A stretch of 64,000 nt of DNA from Eledone cirrhosa. Lineage: Eukaryota. Made by a program: the position numbers and the translations under genes. How positions within the stretch are numbered: position 1 is the stretch's first letter; each line of letters begins with the position of its first letter. The stretch is taken from positions 182,032,001 through 182,096,000 of the forward strand of contig OZ024740.1 of NCBI GenBank assembly GCA_964016885.1, in the 5' to 3' direction. Below, piece by piece: positions 56,485-64,000 of the stretch. Below the pieces are notes generated by a model that was not told where the DNA came from, did no database searches, and saw nothing but the letters and a program-made list of their open reading frames with translations.

Positions 56485-57213
56485 GATAATTTATGTTTGT
56501 ATTTATCTCCCGACTCTAGCTATTGACCAGTTAATTTTCTTGATTTTTTAGTTGATTCTATTGACTGATGAAAAGCTTATGTTAATTTTAACCCTTCTGT
56601 TGAGAACTCTATTCGATTTGTGATGTTTTTGCATTCTTGCAAAAATATACACAACTGAATTTGTCCGCGTGATATAGGGGCTGCCTCCCTTGCCGATCCC
56701 CACGTGGAGTCAGCAATAGTCAGTCCTTGTATTAACATTGAACTAAAACCTGTTGAGAAAGTGGCTTCCTTGTTCAATCATCTTACCAGAAGCCTGACAT
56801 TATTTATGTAAGCGGACGGTACTTGATTTATGAGCCGCAGAAACCCAAATACTGGATTTTATCAACCTTCCAGGGGTCCAGGTAAATTTTCAATACCCGA
56901 ATTACTTGATCGTTTTTTTGGCTATGCGAATGATTGTTTAACCATCGTCTCAGTGTGTTTGGCCTTTAACGTTTGTTATAGCTCTGGTTCATCTGAATCA
57001 TTGAGCACTTGCCTCACATCTCGGAGGTTGTTTTTCGTTATTTCGTGGGCCGAAATGCGAATCTCGATAATTTATGTTTGTATATATATATTATCATTAT
57101 TACTTTCAAAGTAAAAGGTGTCATAAATGATACAAAATCAAACAGATAAAACATATGTCTTGTCTCTAAAACAGCTCAAGATAGAATTCAGAGAATAAAA
57201 TAGAGCCTTAATC

Positions 57214-57614
57214 AAGAAAGTGAATGAAATATATTCATACACACATAAGTGTGCATTAAGATATATCAAAGGTTAAGACTAGAGACAATCTGCACTTACA
57301 TAATTCATTGAGTATCTTTTTAAATTTAATAAAAAATTTAAAACAAAATACTTGATAACGATCAATATATTTCCCACATATATATTCCCCACAAAATCAG
57401 AATACATTTCACCAAGTAACAGCGAAATTAGATATTTTGAAACGAATCGTCAGTGAGGGAATTTGAAAATCATCTAATCTCACTCAATACATGGTTGAAA
57501 GTGGCTAAATGGACATGGTATCATCACATGAATTTTAGCACCCACAACGTCATGAAGGTTTGATATATCTTTAGCACACTTATATGTGTATGAATATATT
57601 TCATTCACTTTCTT
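57214..57614. repeat. Fold-back with about 56-bp arms (pLTR-like)
   Basis: aagaaagtgaatgaaatatattcatacac..agatatatcaaa inverted at 57559-57614; contains GAAA-tata-TT. Confidence 0.7.
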
Positions 57615-57621
57615 ATATATG

Positions 57622-57702
<81 letters not shown>

Positions 57703-57945
57703 GTACATACATATTTATATCTCTCTGTTATTAAAGAAATTCCGCAGTTCTTCTTTCTAGAAAAGTTTCAGCAATGCAGATAAGCAAAACTTATCAGTAA
57801 ACCATGACAGGATCAAATTACAATACTGGATGGATGACAAGCATCAAAGGATAACTAATATATTGAAGCAGTAAATAGAAAAATTAACCAAATACCAACT
57901 GTATTTAGAAGCAGCTTTAATGCAGAAGCAGTTTGATTGCGATGG

Positions 57946-57997
<52 letters not shown>

Positions 57998-58336
57998 GAG
58001 AGGAGAATTTTGGAACAGTTCCTAACTAAATTTTGTGCCAACATATGAAGATAATTTCCATTTGATGTGTTACAACTGGGTAGAATGAAACTCAAAATGA
58101 AGCTGATTAGCTTTGTTGCCTTTCATAATAATATTCCCTTTTGGGTAGATTAATTAATGGGTTAGTTAGATTATATATATTATGCATGTGAATCATATTA
58201 TATGTGCATGTATATATATATATATGCATATATATATGTGCGTGTGTGTATGTGTGTGTGTGTACATATATATATATATATATGTATATATTCATATATA
58301 TATATATATTCATATATATAAGTATATATTCATATT

Positions 58337-58367
<31 letters not shown>

Positions 58368-58445
58368 ATATGTATATGCGTTAGATGGGTTGTCCTGTTG
58401 TGGGCAGTGTCTGGTCAGCTGACCATGCCTTGCTCATACGGGAAC

Positions 58446-58487
<42 letters not shown>

Positions 58488-58517
58488 TATATGTATATAT
58501 ATATATATACATGCGGC

Positions 58518-58562
<45 letters not shown>

Positions 58563-58567
<5 letters not shown>

Positions 58568-58760
58568 AACCAGTAAGACCCCGACAGCTGAGCTCAAGCC
58601 GTTTCGACGGCTAATTCTGGACGCGTCCAGAATTAGCCGTCGAAACGGCTTGAGCTCAGCTGTCGGGGTCTTACTGGTTCCTATTACCCACTCTACTACC
58701 TCTAGTATTGAGTACTTTGGTGCGTTATGGTCCACCTGGTTCCTTACCACATTTCCTTCG

Positions 58761-58763
<3 letters not shown>
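58563..58763. mobile_element. Family G pLTR with perfect 122-bp palindrome
   Basis: 58563-58684 is self-complementary around ACGCGT; inside (TA)n. Confidence 0.85.
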
Positions 58764-58803
<40 letters not shown>

Positions 58804-58824
58804 TATAAATATATACATATAAGT

Positions 58825-58855
<31 letters not shown>

Positions 58856-58858
58856 CAT

Positions 58859-58920
<62 letters not shown>

Positions 58921-58923
<3 letters not shown>

Positions 58924-59424
58924 TATGTATACGTACATAAATATATGTATACAGACGTACAGTAGTATGTATATATATACATACATGCACACATATATAT
59001 GTATATGTACGTATGGATTTACCGAGTATTTATTATAATGCTCGGTTTGTTTGTAAACAAACATCCCGAATTATACCGTACAGTGTTTAGCAACCATCGT
59101 TGCCCTTTTATTCAACACTGACAGAGGAACGATGTACTAGTTTCAAGCTTATTAGCTATCGTCAGCACCGTATACCTTCCTGCCAGATGATTGAATGGTT
59201 GAAAGTATATACTTTCCTTATGCATATTAACGGCAGAGCAACCTAATTTGCATATCGAGTGAGTTAATCGGCCGAGCGCACGGAAAACGATAAATGGAAA
59301 AAATGAAACAAAATTTCTTAGTACGGCTGTTACATAAATATAAATATGTATACGTATGTATCATATTTAAGTAACAGCCGTACTAAGAGTGAGAAATGAA
59401 ATTTCGTTTTATTTTTCCGTTTAT
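58921..59424 (-). mobile_element. Family C pLTR, second copy, with terminal fold-back
   Basis: Reverse complement of about 6880-7205; cttagtacggctgttac inverted at about 59371-59388. Confidence 0.75.
59129..59171 (-). ncRNA. Minimal hammerhead ribozyme (family C)
   Basis: acggtg-CTGACGA-t agct aata agct t-GAAA-ctag-TA^catcgt. Confidence 0.8.
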
Positions 59425-59530
59425 ATATATATATTTGTATATATATATATATGCATATATATATATATAAATGTATGTATATATATCATCATCATCATCG
59501 TTTAACGTCCATTTTCCACGCTAGCATGGG

Positions 59531-60195
<665 letters not shown>

Positions 60196-61036
60196 TATAC
60201 AGGTGGACAGGCTGCATTTTGATGTTGTGGCACCAGCTCTACCACAGTACAGGTTGAACTGAGTGTTTACTGTCATATCATCAACCCTTGGGGAGAGAAG
60301 GGAGGGACATCTGGCTTACTTGCAATCATGCATGGGTAAGACAAGAAAAGTGTTTCATCAGGAGGAGAAGTGATACATCAAGTGACATACTATTTAGACA
60401 TCTACTTGTATTGTTCCCAGCTTTGTCATATGGGCTGTCACACTCAGTGATTAGTTTGGATAAAAGACCACATCTACTTCAGACATTCCATTCTTGTTTT
60501 GACTAAGCATTCTGTCATAGTACAAGGTGGGCATGGCCGGCCGTCCATGTTGGTATGGGTCCTTTTTATGTTGGCGTGGGAAGGGTGAACAAAGAGGAAT
60601 GGATGCTGCCGTTCCATGCTGGAGTGTGTTGGACAAAGGGAGCGGGAAGGCTGTTTTCTATGATGTTGGGAATTGTTGTTAGATGTGCAAAATGGAGAAG
60701 CTCTAAAAATGGGTACATAGATAATGAAAGAAGTTGTGGTTGGATGAGTATTAAGTAGGGGAGGATTATGTCAGACATTGGTGTAGACCTGTACACTGTC
60801 CCCTCAATGTTTGTTTCACATTCTGCACATGGGAAGGTAGTTCTTCTGCAGTATGGCATGTTAGCATGGAACTCAATCCTGCATCATGTAATTTGAGAGG
60901 TTTAATTGTGTGAGGACAGATTTTACCAAATCACATCGTACATAAATAAACACACACATAAACACACGAACACACATACAGACATACGCATACACGTACA
61001 GACACACACACATACACACACACACATACAGACACA

Positions 61037-61093
<57 letters not shown>

Positions 61094-61703
61094 CAAAATA
61101 GAAGTTATATATATCATAAGAACGGAAGAGATGATATTATGATATATTATGTTAGATGCCTTAAGCAAATCAATGTGTGCTCAATGCCAAAGATGCAAAA
61201 TGAAATATCAAAGTAGAGTTAATGTTTAATTGTTTCTACTATTGGCACAAGGCCAGCAAATACATTACTGGTACTAAATATTAACTCTACTAAAGTAAAG
61301 TTAATATTTAATGAAAGTTAATGTGCAGAGGATAAGCAGAGCAAGTATAAGTAGAAATATATGGTGGAGAAAACAAGACTATGAAAACAATTTTTATTCC
61401 TTACACAGTGTTTCTTCCATGGATACCATCTATAATTCTATGGAAGGAATAGGCGTGATGTATATACTCCCATGGAATTTTACCCATTAGATTCTTCAGA
61501 GGAGGTTTGGTTGTTTCTAATGCTGTCACAAAAAGGATAAACATAGGCCATACAACATTGCTTTTCAGGCCTATGATAGACTTCATAACCCTAATAGTGA
61601 TTATTTTGAGGCTGTGTTTTACACATGGATGTTCTTCCTGGCACCAACCGGTTTAGTTACCACTTACAACACACAGAAATATTGTGTATATATTCAAAAC
61701 TTT

Positions 61704-61850
61704 GTGAAGGCGCATGGCTTAGTGGTTAGAGATTCTGGCTTACAAGCATGCAGCTATGAGTTTGATTCTCGGACTGGACTTTGCGTTGTATTCTTGAGCA
61801 AGACACTTTATTTCACATTACTCAAGTTCACTCAGCTGTAGAATTGAGTT
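61704..61850 (+). mobile_element. tRNA-derived CORE-like SINE
   Basis: GAAGGCGCATGGCTTAGTGGTTAGAG..GAGTTTGATTCTC..TTGAGCAAGACACTTTATTTCAC. Confidence 0.75.
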
Positions 61851-62074
61851 GTGACATACTGGTGCCAAGCTGTATCAGCCTTTGGTTTTCCCTTGGAAAA
61901 CATCAGTGGCATGGAGAGGAGAGACTGGTATGCATGGGCGACTACTGGTGTTCTACAAACACTCTTGCCCAGACTTGTGCCTCAGAGGGGAACTTTCTAG
62001 GTGCAAATCACATGGTCAAATACAGTGTTGTCATGAATATTCTTTTGAATTTGTAACTGCAATATTATCCAATG

Positions 62075-62975
62075 CATCACTATTTGTTAAAGCAGTAAGT
62101 ATTTGTATTCAGATAAATGGTCCTAACTTGAAACCATTCAATGTTGGAGTCAGACTCCACCAAGTGTTTGTACTGTCAGCTCTCCTGTTCATAATCTTCA
62201 CAATGTGTTGCTGGGTAGGAAATATTATCAAGGCTGGCAGATGTATGATCAGTCAGCTGGAATTTGAGATGACTCAGTATTACATAATTCGTCATGCACT
62301 TGATAGGTTTAATGCCGAATGCTGCACAACTGGATTGAAAATCAGTGCTGGAAATACTGAGACTCTCATCCCCTCAAAGAAGCCAGTGCAGTACATATTA
62401 AATGTAAGTGGAGTTCACCTAAAGCAGATAGAGAAGTTCAAGTATCACTGCCATGTTCACCAGTGATTGAATGCAGGAGGCTGAAATAAGTTCAAGAAGT
62501 GCAAGGGCTGTTGCAGTTATGCACTAGCTTCATCATATGGTCATTGATCTTTGGTAATGATCGAAAGGATACAATTGCAAATACAAGTGGCTGAAATGGG
62601 GTACCTCTGAAGGGTCTCTGGTGTAATGTTAGCCGATAGAGTGTATAGCTCAGAGATCAAAGAGCCACTTCAGGTAGACGCGCTACTTCTCTAAATTGCG
62701 AGATTACAGCTCTGATAATATAGGTATGTGATTAGAGTGTCTCAGAAAAGAATGGCTGAACAAATTTTATGGGTAAAACCAACCAGCAGGAGAGTAAAAT
62801 AGTTGGATAGCGTCCATGACCTCAGCTTGTCTCACTTGTGGATTCAGCTAGATTAATTGGATATGGTTGCTTCTGAGAGGATTTGCTGGAAATAGTGTTT
62901 GAGGAGTCTGCCCCCTTGACCCCCCACCTCCCCAGGAATAAGTGGGTGGACAAGAAGAAGGAGGAGGAGGAGAAA
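62075..62975 (+). mobile_element. Degraded Expander/Rex3-like RTE LINE 3' part
   Basis: PFNVGVRLHQ..LS.LLFIIF, ALDRFNAEC..GLKIS, LKQIEKFKY; ctgccccc..gaccc..ggaataag (GAA/GGA)n tail. Confidence 0.75.
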
Positions 62976-63554
62976 AAGAAAATGAAAAAGGAGTTTTGAT
63001 TTGCAGGAGTTTTGGTTGTTGTTTCTAGTAGGCTAAATTACTATGTAGATATTCCTCCATTAAGTCAAAGCTGAATACCAATCCCAATGAATAAGTACCA
63101 GGTTGCTAAATTGTCTTCTTTAACTCAGGTGTCTTCATGTTTTCATATATAATCTCTTGGAAACTAAAGTATATTCTATAAGCAACTATAATTAGTTATG
63201 TTAATTATACTAAATTGTTTGCATAAATGTTTCCTCTCCCTTATCTCCTTCTTTCTCTTCATAAAAGTAAAACTATTTCATTTATGCATAAGAAGTGTGA
63301 TATTGCATGGTAATGATAGATGGGCATTAGCCTGTGAGAGAATCAGTACTCTCTATACAATCATTCTACTTGACAAAATTTCTCATGTCAATCCATATAC
63401 CATACTCCCTTAAACAGGGACAGACACATGGGATAATCAGGTCGTGGATATATGTTACTTGCACATAAAAAATAAAACATTAAACGTTCACAGTTAGATA
63501 TCTTTATTCATTGTTTTGTTTTGTTTTTCTCTATTTAATTTCTCCAAGGGTTAA

Positions 63555-63765
63555 CTCTTTAGCATTTAAACTGGCCATATCTGGCCAGAATTCTCTCACC
63601 TCTTTCAGTTCAAATTGGCCATAACTTGCCACACATACTGTTGTATTTTTCTCAAAATAAATAACATAAAAATCCCGTAGACTTGATATTATGTTCGATA
63701 ATTCTGTGAGTTAAAGCCTTTACCACAAAAATACAATAATATAGAGTAATGCAAATGCTAAAGGG
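63555..63765. mobile_element. piggyBac-type MITE
   Basis: TTAA at 63551-54 and 63766-69; TIRs CTCTTTAGCATTT / AAATGCTAAAGGG. Confidence 0.8.
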
Positions 63766-64000
63766 TTAAACAACAACAAACACATGGACATTGAATTTTG
63801 AATGTTCTACAGGAGCTGGAGAGAAATAAGGTAATTTTGAACTATGGGGACTACAATCAGCATGACCATCATCATCTGTTGTTTATTTTCCATTCTGCAA
63901 TGGGTTTGGGTTGGGCGTCATTATGAACTGTCAGTTACTTATCTCTTTGACTGTGGTGGGTGTGCAAGTCTAATTTTAATGAAAAGCCAAAAACAAATGA

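Overview
AT-rich, almost entirely repeat-derived animal DNA. The repeat families and microsatellite density suggest a cephalopod (Octopus-like) intronic or intergenic region; this is an inference. No host protein-coding gene is firmly supported, and most listed ORFs are microsatellite artefacts. The window holds: (i) three Naiad-type Penelope-like elements (PLEs; RT with LYRDD motif plus C-terminal GIY-YIG nuclease) and a Neptune-like PLE remnant; (ii) one near-full-length RTE LINE (APE + RT with a PHD-like insertion) and many RTE/Expander fragments; (iii) two tRNA-derived SINE families; (iv) piggyBac-type and Tc1/mariner-type MITEs, a non-autonomous Helitron and a hAT remnant. The most striking signal is more than a dozen short fold-back insertions, mostly next to (TA)n tracts. 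They come from many unrelated pseudo-LTR families and nearly all carry a type I hammerhead ribozyme (or its 3' half) with a palindromic stem III. These include natural core variants (U3-A8 compensated, U4C) and a recurrent mismatch at the base of stem II. All structures were read by eye, and none has been tested computationally or experimentally.
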